Position numbers and translations under genes: made by a program
Shown here: one piece after another, positions 46,514 through 57,748 of the stretch
How the letters are laid out: every line of letters starts with the position of its first letter
How positions within the stretch are numbered: position 1 is the stretch's first letter
Assembly (NCBI GenBank): GCA_963719085.1
Contig: CAVRAL010000001.1
Location: 512,001-576,000 of the forward strand
From: a candidate division FCPU426 bacterium
GTDB taxonomy: Bacteria > Oederibacteriota > Muellerivitia > Muellerivitales > Muellerivitaceae
Direction of reading: 5' to 3'
Length of the DNA: 64,000 nt
Notes under the pieces: generated by a model
The model's input: only the letters and a program-made list of their open reading frames with translations
Database searches by the model: none
Told to the model about the DNA's origin: nothing

Positions 46514-47578
46514 ATGCCGAAACCCAAGACGAAATTTCCCGAAACGCCGGTTCCGGAATTGCCGGAGCAAGCGCGTATAGTGGCCGCGGAAAAAGCGGTC
46601 GAGGAAGAGGAAAACTCCCTAAGACCCCAGCATTTAAGGGATTACGTGGGACAAAGCGCGTTGAAGGATTCCTTGGGGATCGCCCTGCAGGCTGCTAAAA
46701 AACGAAACGAAGCTTTGGAACACATGCTTCTGGCCGGGCCCCCGGGACTGGGAAAGACGACCCTGGCGTCGATCATCGCCAAGGAAATGGGGGTGAATAT
46801 CAGGCCGACCTCCGGGCCCATTATCGAGCGGGCGGGCGATTTGGCCGCCCTTCTGACCAATTTACAGCCTTACGATTTATTGTTTATCGATGAGATCCAC
46901 CGGCTTCCCCGGGCGGTCGAGGAAATTCTTTATCCCGCCATGGAAGATTTTCAGCTGGATATTTTGATCGGCAAGGGGCCTACGGCCCGCTCGATCCGGC
47001 TTCAACTGCCGCCCTTTACGCTGGTGGGCGCCACCACAAGGGCGGGAACGGTGAGCGCCCCTTTGAGGGATCGGTTCGGCCTTAATTACCGGCTTGAGTT
47101 TTACACGGACCAAGAGCTGACGGAGATTGTTAAACGCTCGGCGAACGTCCTTAAGATGACTGTTTCGCAGGAAGGCGCGGCGGAGATCGCCAAAAGGTCC
47201 CGCGGAACGCCCCGGATCGCCAACCGGCTCTTAAAGCGGGTCCGCGATTTCGCCCAGGTCAAGCGGCGGGGAGAAGTGGACGCGGAGGTGGCGGACGCGG
47301 CTTTGAAATTATTGGAAGTGGACGCCTTGGGGCTGGACCGGATGGACCGGCGCATTTTGTCTTGCGTGGTGGAAAAGTTCGCGGGCGGCCCGGTGGGGCT
47401 TGAGACCTTGGCCATCGCGGTGGGAGAAGAGTCGGAGACGGTGGAGGATGTTTACGAGCCCTTTTTGGTGCAGCTTGGTTTTTTACAGCGGACCGCCAGC
47501 GGCCGCAAGGCGACGGCGCTGGCCTATCAGCATTTAGGGTTAAATCCGCCCGCGGGGCAACAGGGGAGCCTGATTTGA
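46514..47578 (+). CDS. ruvB: Holliday junction branch-migration helicase RuvB
   Basis: [45 protein letters not shown]. Confidence 0.97.
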   Translation: MPKPKTKFPETPVPELPEQARIVAAEKAVEEEENSLRPQHLRDYVGQSALKDSLGIALQAAKKRNEALEHMLLAGPPGLGKTTLASIIAKEMGVNIRPTSGPIIERAGDLAALLTNLQPYDLLFIDEIHRLPRAVEEILYPAMEDFQLDILIGKGPTARSIRLQLPPFTLVGATTRAGTVSAPLRDRFGLNYRLEFYTDQELTEIVKRSANVLKMTVSQEGAAEIAKRSRGTPRIANRLLKRVRDFAQVKRRGEVDAEVADAALKLLEVDALGLDRMDRRILSCVVEKFAGGPVGLETLAIAVGEESETVEDVYEPFLVQLGFLQRTASGRKATALAYQHLGLNPPAGQQGSLI

Positions 47579-48837
47579 GAAAGAGCGACCGGCGGAACAA
47601 CATCCTGCTTCTTTATGGGGCCATCACGGCTTTCGGCATTTTTTTAGGTTTGGTTTTCCCCCTTTTAAACGAGCTGAAGACACCCAATCATTTTTGGTTT
47701 TACGCGGTTTGCGTGTCCTGCGGTATTTTCGCCGCCGCCTTGATCCTTTTAATCATCCAAAAGATCGTGTTGAAGCCCCTGGAAGAGTTTCTGGACGCCA
47801 TGGAAAAAGTCACCAAAGGGGATTTAAACGTCTCCATTCAGGGCCATTATTCAGGCGACTTCAACGCCTTGGCGCAGAACTTTAACATGATGATCGAGTA
47901 TTTGGGATCCTCCGTCATCCAACTTAAAAAAAGCTCGGAAGAAACCTTGGCGCTGGCCCAACAGCTGACCCAGACCATCCAGCAAATGCACGGGGCGACC
48001 GAGGAAGTCTCCTCCACCATCCAAAATATCTCCAAGGGCGCCGAGGAACAGGCCGCCAAGGTCCAGGACGCGTTTAATATTATCGATAAGATGGCGGGCA
48101 ACATCCAAACTTCGGCTGAGCAGTTGAGCAGCGCCGAAAAGGCCGTCTCGCGCTCGAAAAAGGCCTCTGAGGCCGGAAGCGAGGCGGTTCAAAAAACAAC
48201 GGCCCAAATGAACGCCATCCATGAGGTGGTCCAAGGCTCCGCGCGGGAAGTCAATGAGCTGGGCGCCCGGTCCAAGGCCATTGGGAAGGTGGTGGACGTG
48301 ATCACCCATATCGCCGACCAAACCAATCTTTTGGCCTTGAACGCGGCCATTGAGGCGGCCCGGGCGGGGGAATATGGCCGGGGTTTTTCCGTGGTGGCGG
48401 AAGAAGTGAAAAAGCTGGCGGATGGATCGGCGGAAGCCGCGAATCAAATCGCCGGGATGATTCGTCAAATTCAAAAGGAGATATCCTTGGTGGTGACCAG
48501 CATGAGCACGGGCGCGGAAAAGGTCACCGAGGGGTTAACGGTGGTGGCGGGGGCGGGGGACGCCTTGAGCGAGATTCAAAGCGCTTCCAACGAAGTCGTG
48601 ACCCAAGTACAGGATATTTCCGCTTCCTTTGAAAACCAAGCCGACCAAGCTTCCCGGGTGGTGGAGGCGATCACGAACATCGTGGCGGTTTCGGAAGAGA
48701 ACGCCTCGGCCACCGAGGAAATCTCGGCTTCCACCGAGGAATTAACGGCGTCGATGGAGTCCATGGTGGCCGCCGCCCGGCAGTTGGAAGGGGTGGCGGA
48801 CCGATTGAGACTGGCCTCGGCGAAATTCGGCGATTAA
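47575..48837 (+). CDS. Methyl-accepting chemotaxis protein (2 TM, HAMP, signalling domain; almost no periplasmic sensor)
   Basis: [37 protein letters not shown]. Confidence 0.95.
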   Translation: MRKSDRRNNILLLYGAITAFGIFLGLVFPLLNELKTPNHFWFYAVCVSCGIFAAALILLIIQKIVLKPLEEFLDAMEKVTKGDLNVSIQGHYSGDFNALAQNFNMMIEYLGSSVIQLKKSSEETLALAQQLTQTIQQMHGATEEVSSTIQNISKGAEEQAAKVQDAFNIIDKMAGNIQTSAEQLSSAEKAVSRSKKASEAGSEAVQKTTAQMNAIHEVVQGSAREVNELGARSKAIGKVVDVITHIADQTNLLALNAAIEAARAGEYGRGFSVVAEEVKKLADGSAEAANQIAGMIRQIQKEISLVVTSMSTGAEKVTEGLTVVAGAGDALSEIQSASNEVVTQVQDISASFENQADQASRVVEAITNIVAVSEENASATEEISASTEELTASMESMVAAARQLEGVADRLRLASAKFGD

Positions 48838-48960
48838 TTAAATCGTTCAAACGCTTTTATTTTGCGGATTATTTTTTGTTGAAAAAAATCGGGATGTTTA
48901 TATATTCGATTTCCGGTTGGCGTGTTTGCCTCACTTTCAATTTAACTAAAGGCCCTACTC

Positions 48961-49905
48961 ATGATTGAAGTCAAAGACCTCGTCAAAAATTACGGCCCCT
49001 TCGCGGCCGTGGATAAAATCACTTTTTCAGTTCCCAAGGGAACCATTTTGGGGCTTCTGGGGCCCAACGGCGCGGGGAAAACCACCACCATGCGGGTCCT
49101 CACCACTTCCTTGCCGCCGACCGGCGGAAAAGCCATGGTGGCCGGCTATGACGTGGTGGAAGACGCCCAGGAAGTGCGCCGGCGTATTGGATATCTTCCT
49201 GAAATCCCGCCGATTTATTTTGAGATGACGCTCATTTCTTATTTGAAATTTGTGGCGGACATTAAAGAAATTCCGAAAGCGAAAAAAGCCAACCGAATCG
49301 GGGAAGTTTTGGAAATGATGGATTTGACTGACATCTCCAAGCGCCTGATCGGGCATTTATCTTTGGGCTACCGTCAAAGGGTGGGGTTGGCCCAGGCCTT
49401 AATCCATGACCCGGAAGTTTTGGTTTTGGACGAGCCGACCCGGGGATTGGACCCGAAACAAATATTGGAAATTCGAAAATTGGTTAAATCCCTCAGTGGC
49501 CGCAAAACCATCATCCTTTCCACACATATCCTGCCGGAAGTCGCCTCGACCTGCGACAACGTGGTGATCATTGACCGGGGTAAAGTGGTGGCGGCGGATT
49601 CGGTGGACAACTTATCCCAGCGCCTGACCGGCGGGAAAACGCTGGAAGTGGAAGTGAAGGGACCGGGCGCCGAGGTGGAAAAAGCGCTGGGCAAATGCGA
49701 GGGGGTCGCGGGTATCCGCGCCTTGGGCCGGGAAACCAAGGGTTTGAGCCGGTTTGAGCTGTCGACCGATGGGTCGCCGGAGACCCGGGAGGCGATTTTC
49801 CAATGCGTGGTCAAAAACAAATGGGTGCTCTATCAATTGAATCCGGTGGGGATGAGTTTGGAAGAAGTATTCGTGAAACTCACGACGAAAGAGGGGACGG
49901 CATGA
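48961..49905 (+). CDS. ABC transporter ATP-binding protein (GldA-like)
   Basis: GPNGAGKTT, LSLGYRQRVGLAQAL, LDEPT.GLDP, STHILPEV. Confidence 0.92.
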   Translation: MIEVKDLVKNYGPFAAVDKITFSVPKGTILGLLGPNGAGKTTTMRVLTTSLPPTGGKAMVAGYDVVEDAQEVRRRIGYLPEIPPIYFEMTLISYLKFVADIKEIPKAKKANRIGEVLEMMDLTDISKRLIGHLSLGYRQRVGLAQALIHDPEVLVLDEPTRGLDPKQILEIRKLVKSLSGRKTIILSTHILPEVASTCDNVVIIDRGKVVAADSVDNLSQRLTGGKTLEVEVKGPGAEVEKALGKCEGVAGIRALGRETKGLSRFELSTDGSPETREAIFQCVVKNKWVLYQLNPVGMSLEEVFVKLTTKEGTA

Positions 49906-50615
49906 GTTGGGATAAAATCTGGGCCCTGGCCAAAAAAGAAATTGGTTATTATTTCGCGTCCTTGGTGGGTTATGTGGTTCTGGCGGCTTTTTTCCTGGCC
50001 ACCGGAATTTTCTTTTCCTTGATTGTCTTGGGAAGCCGGCAAGCCACCATGGTTCCGGTCTTCCAAAATACGGTCATCCTGCTTTTGTTCCTGACTCCGG
50101 GCATCACCATGCGGTTGTGGTCCGAGGAAGAAAAGAACGGCACTTCGGAGCTTTTGCGCACCTCACCCCTCACCTTGTGGGAAATTGTCTTGGGTAAATA
50201 TTTAGGGGTTTGCGTGTTTTTTGGCGTCATGCTGGCTTCCACCTTGGTTTATTTGACCATTATCGCGGTGAATGGGAATCCGGACTGGGGGACGATTCTT
50301 AGCAGCTATATCGGTTACATCCTGATCGCCTTGTCTTTTTTCGCGCTGGGCCTGTTCGTTTCAACCTTGAGCGAAAACCAGATCGTTTCCATGGTGCTGA
50401 CCTGGGTGCTTCTTTTGGTGCTGTGGGTCATGGGGGCCGCGGGCAACCTGGTGTCTGGCCCGGCCGGCGACTTTTTAAAATCACTTTCCATTTCCGGGCA
50501 GACGGATGATTTTTTTAAAGGGGTGGTCGATTTGACCCACCTGCTTTATTTCATGAGCCTGATCTTCGTGGGTTTGTTTTTTTCCGTCAAAGTCCTTGAA
50601 AGCAAGAGGAGCTAA
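49902..50615 (+). CDS. ABC-2 permease (GldF-like)
   Basis: AKKEIGYYF, TMRLWSEEEKNGTSELL.TSP..EIVLGKY. Confidence 0.9.
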   Translation: MSWDKIWALAKKEIGYYFASLVGYVVLAAFFLATGIFFSLIVLGSRQATMVPVFQNTVILLLFLTPGITMRLWSEEEKNGTSELLRTSPLTLWEIVLGKYLGVCVFFGVMLASTLVYLTIIAVNGNPDWGTILSSYIGYILIALSFFALGLFVSTLSENQIVSMVLTWVLLLVLWVMGAAGNLVSGPAGDFLKSLSISGQTDDFFKGVVDLTHLLYFMSLIFVGLFFSVKVLESKRS

Positions 50616-50617
50616 CC

Positions 50618-52237
50618 TTGAAAAGCACCGGATTTTTATCGCAAGCGCGACTTTATAACCAGCCGGTTTTAATCGGCGGGATCGCTTTGGTGGCGGTAGG
50701 TTTATTGGGAATGTTGATCTTTAATTCCACGACTTGGTGGGGATTGGTTTTGACGTTGTCAGGGGTCGCGGCGCTGGCTGTTTTTTTGGCCGCCAATCTG
50801 GCCAATGTGAAAGAAATCGGCCGCAAGCGGAGCACCCAGGTCCGGGCCAATTTGTCCCTGGTCGCGGTGGCCGTGGTGGCCATTGTGATCACCTTAAATT
50901 ATATCGTGTCCCGGCATCCGGTCCGGTTTGATTGGACGTCCAATGGGGTCAATACCCTGGCGTCCCAGACCACGGATGTTTTGAAGGGTCTCAAACAAGA
51001 CGTGAATGTGACCATGCTAATTTCGGGGAAACATACCAATCCCCAGATCGGCATGCAGATCGGCCGGGCCCAGGAACTGCTGGAAGAGTACGGCAAGTAT
51101 TCCACCAAGTTCCACTTTAAAGCCGTGGACGTGGATAAAAATCCCGTGGAAGCCAAACGCCTGGATATCCATGAGTACAATACGGTGGTTTTTGAGAGCG
51201 GGGACAACCGCAAGGACGTCTTGCAGCGGGATTACATTACCTACGCTTTCACCGGACAACAGCCCACGGCGAAATTTGAGGGCGAGTCGGCTTTTACCTC
51301 CGCGCTTTTGAAGATGAGCGATACCTCGCATCCCGTCTTTTATTTCACCACCGGCCACGGGGAGCGGGACCGCAGTAATCCGCAAGGGGACGGGTTGAAC
51401 ACCTTCCAGGAGATGCTTCAAAAAGAGAATTACGATATCCGGGATTTGAACCTATTATCCGCGGGGAAAATTCCCGATGACGCGGCGGTGATCGCCATCC
51501 TGGGGCCGGGCCATTCTTTTCAGCCCTCCGAGATTGCGCTCCTGAAAGAGTTCGTGAAAAAAGGGGGCAAGATCGTGGCCATGGTGGATCCGGCGATGAA
51601 CTCCGGGCTGGAGCCTCTTTTTAAGGATTTTGGCGTGAAAATGGGAAATGATTTGGTGGTGGATACGATGAGCTTCGCCCCCCAGGATCCCCGGGCGGTT
51701 ATTCCGCAATATGAATCCCATCCGATTGTCTCCATGCTCGCGGACCAACGGCTGGTCACAATCCTGCCTTTTAGCCGCAGCGTGGGAAAAACCGATCCGG
51801 GCTTAAAAGGCGCCACGGCCACGGTTTTAATGCAAACCACCGACAAGGGATTTGGGGATACGGATTTAAAAGACCGGGCCTTGAAATATCATCCCGGGCT
51901 CGACCTCAAGGGCCCCGTTCCCATGGCGGTGGCCGCCGAATGGACCCTGCCCGACAAACCGGATACGACGGCCCGGTTGGTGGTTTTTGGAAATTCGACC
52001 TTTGTGACCAATCAAATGGTTCAAGCGCCCGGAAACATCGATCTGGGACTCAACAGTTTCAGCTGGGTTTTGGGGGACACCAATAAGATTTCCATCCATC
52101 CCAAAGAAGATGAGGCCCGGGTTTTGAACCTCTCCAACGTGGGCACGGCCTTCATCAGCTATTTGACCATTCTGGTCTTGCCGGGGGCGGTTTTGGTGGC
52201 CGGGAGCGTCATTTGGTGGCGCCGCCGCTCCTTATGA
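50618..52237 (+). CDS. GldG-family ABC auxiliary component
   Basis: RFDWTSNG..TLA.QT..VL, YFTTGHGE, C-terminal TM ending WWRRRSL. Confidence 0.88.
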   Translation: MKSTGFLSQARLYNQPVLIGGIALVAVGLLGMLIFNSTTWWGLVLTLSGVAALAVFLAANLANVKEIGRKRSTQVRANLSLVAVAVVAIVITLNYIVSRHPVRFDWTSNGVNTLASQTTDVLKGLKQDVNVTMLISGKHTNPQIGMQIGRAQELLEEYGKYSTKFHFKAVDVDKNPVEAKRLDIHEYNTVVFESGDNRKDVLQRDYITYAFTGQQPTAKFEGESAFTSALLKMSDTSHPVFYFTTGHGERDRSNPQGDGLNTFQEMLQKENYDIRDLNLLSAGKIPDDAAVIAILGPGHSFQPSEIALLKEFVKKGGKIVAMVDPAMNSGLEPLFKDFGVKMGNDLVVDTMSFAPQDPRAVIPQYESHPIVSMLADQRLVTILPFSRSVGKTDPGLKGATATVLMQTTDKGFGDTDLKDRALKYHPGLDLKGPVPMAVAAEWTLPDKPDTTARLVVFGNSTFVTNQMVQAPGNIDLGLNSFSWVLGDTNKISIHPKEDEARVLNLSNVGTAFISYLTILVLPGAVLVAGSVIWWRRRSL

Positions 52238-53610
52238 AAAACTTCAGCTCTTCCTTCATCCTGATCGCGGTGGCCCTTCTTTTAGGCGCCTATGTCTTCT
52301 TTTTTGAGCGGGGGCCGGTTAAAAAAGAAGAAAAAAAAGACAAGGTTTTCACCCAGTTTGTCGCGGACGACGTGAAAGAAATCAAGCTTCATCAGCCCGC
52401 CGCCCGGGAGCCGTTGATTGATATCCAAAAAGACAAAGACGACCATTGGCAGATTTTAGCTCCGCTAAAACTGAAGGCCGATGAGGCCGTGATGCGGGGA
52501 GTTTTGATGAATGTGGGCGACATGAGCCCGGAGGATACCCTGGATCATCCGGATGAGCTGGCGGATTACGGTCTCAATACAGGGGCCGCCCAGGCCGATT
52601 TTATTTTTAAAGACGGAACCCAGCAGACCTTGATGATCGGTGATAAGGACATTTCGGGTTCTTCCGCCTATGTGAAACCGGCGAATCAAACCAAAGTTTA
52701 TCTGGTGCCCTCTTACGTGACCGATAATTTCGCCAAATCGGTCGACGACTTTCGGGACCATTCGGTCATCGAGACTGATTTGGTCCAAGCGGACCAGATT
52801 CGGATCACCCATGGCGCCAAGACCCTGGAATTGAAAAAAGACAAGGACAACAACTGGAGTTTGACGCGCCCCGCGGCCGGAAAGGCCGATCCGATGAAAG
52901 TGCGCGATGTTTTGACCGCGGCCAATGACTTGAAGATTGACAAGTTTGAAACGGACCACCCGACGGACCTTAAAATTTATGGTTTGGCCTCGCCCAGCGC
53001 CATTTTGGAAATCGGCTCGTCCCAAGCCGCCGCCAAGGAGCAGGTTCTTTATCTGGGGAGGGATAAGCTGAAAACCACCGATGTCTTCGCCCAATTAAAA
53101 GGACAGAGCGCGGTTTTTTTACTTCCCCAAAGTTTTGAAAAGAGTTTGGACCTAAAACCCAATGATTTTAAAGATAAGACCTTGCTTCAATTTGACGCCA
53201 GCCGGGCCACCCGACTGACGGTTTCCCATAATGGGAAATCGATCGTTTACGTGAAAGACGCTCAGGGGCGCTGGCAATCCCTGGGACGGGATAAGGCCAA
53301 TGACGAAGGCAGCGGCGTTTTGAGTCAATTGGCGCTTTTGACGATCGCCGACTTTTCCGCGGACCGCTCGAAATCAGGGTTGAAACATCCCGCTTATTCA
53401 GCCGAAGTGACTTTTGACGACCAAACGGCCCATCACTATCAATTTGGCAACCGGGATCAGGATAAAATTTATCTCACGGCTAATTTTGGCCCAAAGGGTA
53501 AAAGCCCGGAAGTTTATTTAGTCTCGGCGAGCGTGGCCGCTCCTTTGGAGACTATTTTTAGCGCGCCGGTGAAGGCTTCCGCTCCGCCGTCGCCGACCCA
53601 CGCGCCATAA
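52234..53610 (+). CDS. DUF4340 domain protein
   Basis: N-terminal anchor, repeated W....P....AD / YGL..P motifs; follows GldG-like gene. Confidence 0.82.
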   Translation: MKNFSSSFILIAVALLLGAYVFFFERGPVKKEEKKDKVFTQFVADDVKEIKLHQPAAREPLIDIQKDKDDHWQILAPLKLKADEAVMRGVLMNVGDMSPEDTLDHPDELADYGLNTGAAQADFIFKDGTQQTLMIGDKDISGSSAYVKPANQTKVYLVPSYVTDNFAKSVDDFRDHSVIETDLVQADQIRITHGAKTLELKKDKDNNWSLTRPAAGKADPMKVRDVLTAANDLKIDKFETDHPTDLKIYGLASPSAILEIGSSQAAAKEQVLYLGRDKLKTTDVFAQLKGQSAVFLLPQSFEKSLDLKPNDFKDKTLLQFDASRATRLTVSHNGKSIVYVKDAQGRWQSLGRDKANDEGSGVLSQLALLTIADFSADRSKSGLKHPAYSAEVTFDDQTAHHYQFGNRDQDKIYLTANFGPKGKSPEVYLVSASVAAPLETIFSAPVKASAPPSPTHAP

Positions 53611-53650
53611 CCAACTGGTGATTTATCCGTGATTTGTTTATAGTTGGCCC

Positions 53651-54424
53651 ATGCCCAAACGCCCACCGGATCCGCCCCGCCGTTTTACCGACCATTTGAC
53701 CGAACTGCGACGAATGATGATTCGGTTGGCGGCGGCCTGTTTCATCGGCGTGGTGGCGGCCTTTTTAAAATCAGATTGGCTTTTTTCGGCTTTGCTTTAT
53801 CCCTTCACCCAAATTCTGGCGAAATATCCATCCCTGCAGGCGAAGGTTCAAACTTTGCAGACCCTCACGCCGGTGGAAGCCTTTATGGTCAACATGAAGC
53901 TGGCCACGATCGTCGGGCTGGTTTTGGCGTCTCCCTATATTTTGCGGGAAATTTGGGCCTTCGCGGTGCCGGCCTTGAAGCCGACCGAGAGGCAGGCGCT
54001 GCTCATTGTTTTTAGTTTGGGATTATTTTTTTTCGCCGGCGGGGTTTTGTTCGGCTATTGGGTGGTAATTCCCCTGGCGCTCGAGTTTTTGATGAAGTAC
54101 AACCTGAGCTTTCATTTCACGCCCCAATGGACCTTGGAAGGATACTTTAATTTTGTGATGAACTTTTTGCTGGTTTTCGGCCTGGTTTTTGAGCTGCCTT
54201 TGATTTTGGCCGCTTTGGTCAGTATCGGCATCGCGACGCCGGCCTTTTTGGCCCATAAACGAAAACACGCCATTGTGGGCATCTTTATCGTGTCGGCTTT
54301 TTTGGCGCCCAGCGCCGACCCGGTGACCCAAACGATTGTGGCGGTGCCCCTTATCCTTCTTTATGAGGTGGGAATATGGCTTTCATACTTGGCCATGCGC
54401 CAGAAAACGAATTCCTTGCCCTAA
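53651..54424 (+). CDS. tatC: Twin-arginine translocase subunit TatC
   Basis: DHLTELRR, WAFAVPALKPTER, FGLVFELP, DPVTQ..VAVP..LLYE. Confidence 0.95.
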   Translation: MPKRPPDPPRRFTDHLTELRRMMIRLAAACFIGVVAAFLKSDWLFSALLYPFTQILAKYPSLQAKVQTLQTLTPVEAFMVNMKLATIVGLVLASPYILREIWAFAVPALKPTERQALLIVFSLGLFFFAGGVLFGYWVVIPLALEFLMKYNLSFHFTPQWTLEGYFNFVMNFLLVFGLVFELPLILAALVSIGIATPAFLAHKRKHAIVGIFIVSAFLAPSADPVTQTIVAVPLILLYEVGIWLSYLAMRQKTNSLP

Positions 54425-54441
54425 GGGTTAAAGCGCCTTCG

Positions 54442-54470
54442 TTGACATTTGAATTCTAAGACCCCATAAT
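54442..54470 (+). promoter_or_regulatory. sigma70 promoter for transaldolase
   Basis: TTGACA-N17-CATAAT. Confidence 0.75.
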
Positions 54471-54512
54471 TTAATGAACACTACATATCCCCTAGGGATA
54501 GCGGAGGCTGTC

Positions 54513-55172
54513 ATGAAATTTTTCTTGGATACGGCTAATTTGGATGAAATCAAGCAGGGTGTGGCCATGGGTTTGGTGGATGGCGTGACCACGAACCCAT
54601 CGTTGGTGGTGAAGGAACAAGGGGTGGATTTTCACACCCGCATTAAGGAAATTTGCGCCGTCGTCAACGGCTCGGTTTCGGCCGAGGTGACGGCGGTCGA
54701 TTTTGACGGCATGATGAAGGAAGGCCACACGCTGGCCAAGCTGCATGACAATGTGACAGTGAAGGTTCCTTTGATCCCCGAAGGCTTGAAGGCTTGCCGG
54801 GCTTTAAGCCAAGAGGGAATCAAGGTCAACGTGACCTTGTGTTTCTCCGCCTCCCAAGCGCTTTTGGCCGCGAAAGCCGGAGCGACTTTTATCAGCCCCT
54901 TCGTGGGGCGTTTGGACGATATTTCCCAAGACGGCATGCAATTGATCAAAGATATCAAGCTTATCTACGACAATTACGGTTTCAAGACCCAGATCCTGGC
55001 GGCCTCCCTGCGCCATCCCATGCACATCGTGGAATCGGCGAAGGCAGGAGCCCATGTGGGAACCATGCCCTTTGGCGTTTTGAAGATGCTCTTCAACCAC
55101 CCCTTGACCGAGAGCGGCCTCAAGAAGTTTTTGGCCGACTGGGAAAAGACGAAGGAAGCTCAGAAGAAATAA
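54513..55172 (+). CDS. fsa: Transaldolase / fructose-6-phosphate aldolase family
   Basis: [44 protein letters not shown]. Confidence 0.95.
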   Translation: MKFFLDTANLDEIKQGVAMGLVDGVTTNPSLVVKEQGVDFHTRIKEICAVVNGSVSAEVTAVDFDGMMKEGHTLAKLHDNVTVKVPLIPEGLKACRALSQEGIKVNVTLCFSASQALLAAKAGATFISPFVGRLDDISQDGMQLIKDIKLIYDNYGFKTQILAASLRHPMHIVESAKAGAHVGTMPFGVLKMLFNHPLTESGLKKFLADWEKTKEAQKK

Positions 55173-55194
55173 GCCGCTCAAAAGACTGGGTTTG

Positions 55195-55227
55195 AAAAAA
55201 GGCGGTCTTCGGACCGCCTTTTTTTTT
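55195..55227 (+). terminator. Intrinsic (likely bidirectional) terminator
   Basis: A6-GGCGGTC-TTCG-GACCGCC-T9. Confidence 0.92.
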
Positions 55228-55246
55228 CCAGCCAGAAAGAAGTCCG

Positions 55247-55474
55247 ATGCCTGATTTTTCATCCCTGGGGAAAAGTTTGCTGGTTTTGGGATTGGGGTTA
55301 AGCCTGATCGGAACGGCTTTTCTATTTTCCGAGAAAATCCCATGGTTGGGCCGGTTGCCCGGTGATTTTCGGGTTGAAAAGGGCGGCGTCTCCTTTTATT
55401 TTCCCTTGGCTTCCTGCCTATTGGCTTCGGTTTTGTTGTCCTTTTTCGCATGGGTTTTCTCGAAAATTAAATGA
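55247..55474 (+). CDS. DUF2905 small membrane protein
   Basis: LGRLPGDF......FYFPLASCLL.S. Confidence 0.9.
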   Translation: MPDFSSLGKSLLVLGLGLSLIGTAFLFSEKIPWLGRLPGDFRVEKGGVSFYFPLASCLLASVLLSFFAWVFSKIK

Positions 55475-56667
55475 AAACATTTTTCATCGCCTGTTTCCTC
55501 GCGGGAACCCTGGCCGGATGCGCTGAAATAAAGCCGGCCTCCGATCCTTTTTTTATTTCCGATACCCCCGCCCCGTCGAACCAATCCCTGGATTCGGGCG
55601 AGCCCCATCCCCGCATTCGAGTGGCCATCCTGGTGCGCCAATCCAGCGTCCATTTGTCCGCTCCTGAGTCTTTTGTTTTGACCGGTTTTTCCCTGGAAGG
55701 AACGCCCGAAGCCGGGGATTCCCATACCCAGTCTTTTCAAGACATCACCTTGACCACCAATCAAATCGACGGGAAACAAGCCTTGTTGACGCCGATGGGG
55801 GAGGGGCAAATCGAGGTGGATCATGAGCCCTACCGCGGTTCGATTGAAATTTTGGACAATGGGGACGGAACCCTGACGGTGGTGAATGACGTGGATCTGG
55901 AAGATTACGTCATGGGGGTCGTGGCGGGTGAGGTCCCCAAAAACTGGCCTTTGGAGGCCCTGAAGGCCCAAGCCATCGCGGCGCGGACTTTCGCGGTTTT
56001 GAAACATCAGGAAGCGATCCGTTCCGGAAGCCCCTATGACCTTGAAAATACCTCTTTGTTTCAAATGTACAAGGGCTCGGGAACCATCAACGATAATATC
56101 CGTCAGGCGGTCGTGGAGTCGGATGAGGAAATTATTACTTATGACAATCAACCCATAGAGGCGTTTTTCCATTCCAATTGCGGCGGGGAAACTTCCGGGT
56201 CCATGAGTGTTTGGAGCCAGGACAAACCCTATCTTCAACCGGTGATTTGTGATTATTGCCGCGGCGGCTCGCATTTTCGCTGGACGGCTGAAATTTTAAT
56301 TAAGGATATGGTCCGGGACTTAAGGGCGGCCGGCCTTAAAATCGGGGATGTGGCGGGGCTAAAAGTTTTGTCACGGGATGACAGCGGGCGCATTTCGGTT
56401 TTAGGCATCCTGGACGCGGACGGGGAATTGAAAAGCATGAAATCGAACGCCTTTCGCATGGCCCTGGGACCGGATCTCATCCGCAGCACCCGGTTTGAGG
56501 CCCAAGTTAAGAATGACCGGATTGTTTTCAACGGGTTAGGCTGGGGCCATGGGGTGGGAATGTGCCAAGAAGGCGCTTGCGGGATGGCGTTGAAAGGGTA
56601 TAACGCCTATGAGATTATCCGGCACTACTACCGGGGGGTATTGGTGGAAAAGTTGAGGGCGCATTGA
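55471..56667 (+). CDS. SpoIID/LytB-family lytic transglycosylase lipoprotein
   Basis: Lipobox LAGC; LEDYVMGVVAGE, EALKAQAIAART, GWGHGVGMCQ.GA. Confidence 0.92.
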   Translation: MKTFFIACFLAGTLAGCAEIKPASDPFFISDTPAPSNQSLDSGEPHPRIRVAILVRQSSVHLSAPESFVLTGFSLEGTPEAGDSHTQSFQDITLTTNQIDGKQALLTPMGEGQIEVDHEPYRGSIEILDNGDGTLTVVNDVDLEDYVMGVVAGEVPKNWPLEALKAQAIAARTFAVLKHQEAIRSGSPYDLENTSLFQMYKGSGTINDNIRQAVVESDEEIITYDNQPIEAFFHSNCGGETSGSMSVWSQDKPYLQPVICDYCRGGSHFRWTAEILIKDMVRDLRAAGLKIGDVAGLKVLSRDDSGRISVLGILDADGELKSMKSNAFRMALGPDLIRSTRFEAQVKNDRIVFNGLGWGHGVGMCQEGACGMALKGYNAYEIIRHYYRGVLVEKLRAH

Positions 56668-57701
56668 AAACCAGCCTGTTTCACTACAATCTTCCGGCGG
56701 AGTTGGTGGCCCAGCGGCCCCTGGCTCAGCGGGACGCTTCGCGTCTATTGGTTTTGGACCGTAAAACCGGCCGGGTCACCCACAGCCGGGTGAAGGATCT
56801 GGCGCATTGGCTTTTGCCCGAGGACTTGTTGGTGTTGAACCAGACCAAAGTCATCCCAGCCCGGCTTTGGGCCGAAAAAACGGAGACCGGGGCCAAGATT
56901 GAGATTTTCCTGTTGCGGCGGACCCGCCCGGAGGACCCTTACGAATGGGAGGCGCTGGTTTCCCCGGCCAAAAGAATTAAAGGCAATCCCATCCTCAAGA
57001 TCCATCCCAAGGGCGAAGCCGCGATTTTAGAGCCGCTGGGGGAGGGGCATTTCCTCATCCGGCTCAATAAGACCGGTTCGTTTCAAAAATTCCTCGCCCA
57101 AGCGGGGCATATCCCGCTGCCGCCTTATATCCACCGCGCGGATGGGGCCGCGGATTGGAGCCGTTACCAAACGGTGTTCGCCAAGACTGAAGGCTCCGTG
57201 GCGGCCCCCACGGCGGGGCTTCATTTCACCCAAAAATTATTCGCGGATTTGAAAAAAAGAGGGGTGCGGACCGCGCCGGTCCTCCTGCATGTGGGCCTGG
57301 GGACTTTTTTGGGTGTTTCGTCCCCGGATACCGAGGACCATGTGATGCATCCGGAAAGATTCCAGATCAAGGCCCCGGCGATCCGGGCCATCGAACGGGC
57401 GCGGGAAAAAGGCGGGCGGGTGATCGCGGTGGGTACCACCGTGGTTCGAACCTTGGAATCGGCGGTGGACGCCCGCGGGGTTTTAACGGCCCAAGAGGGG
57501 GAGACCCGCCTTTTCGTCACGCCCGGCTACCCTTTCCGGGCCATTGACGCCCTTTTCACTAATTTCCACCAATCCGAATCCACGCTTTTGATGTTGGTCT
57601 GCGCATTCGCGGGCCGGGAAAGGGTTTTGGCCGCCTACGAGGAAGCGATCCGGGAAAAATACCGTTTCTTTTCCTATGGGGACGCCATGCTGATTTTGTG
57701 A
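56664..57701 (+). CDS. queA: S-adenosylmethionine:tRNA ribosyltransferase-isomerase QueA
   Basis: PLPPYI, GSVAAPTAGLHF, LHVGLGTF, TNFH, YRFFSYGDAM. Confidence 0.97.
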   Translation: MKTSLFHYNLPAELVAQRPLAQRDASRLLVLDRKTGRVTHSRVKDLAHWLLPEDLLVLNQTKVIPARLWAEKTETGAKIEIFLLRRTRPEDPYEWEALVSPAKRIKGNPILKIHPKGEAAILEPLGEGHFLIRLNKTGSFQKFLAQAGHIPLPPYIHRADGAADWSRYQTVFAKTEGSVAAPTAGLHFTQKLFADLKKRGVRTAPVLLHVGLGTFLGVSSPDTEDHVMHPERFQIKAPAIRAIERAREKGGRVIAVGTTVVRTLESAVDARGVLTAQEGETRLFVTPGYPFRAIDALFTNFHQSESTLLMLVCAFAGRERVLAAYEEAIREKYRFFSYGDAMLIL

Positions 57702-57748
57702 AAGGATTTTTAAAATAAAAGGCATTTAGCAATGATGCCGCGGGGCAA

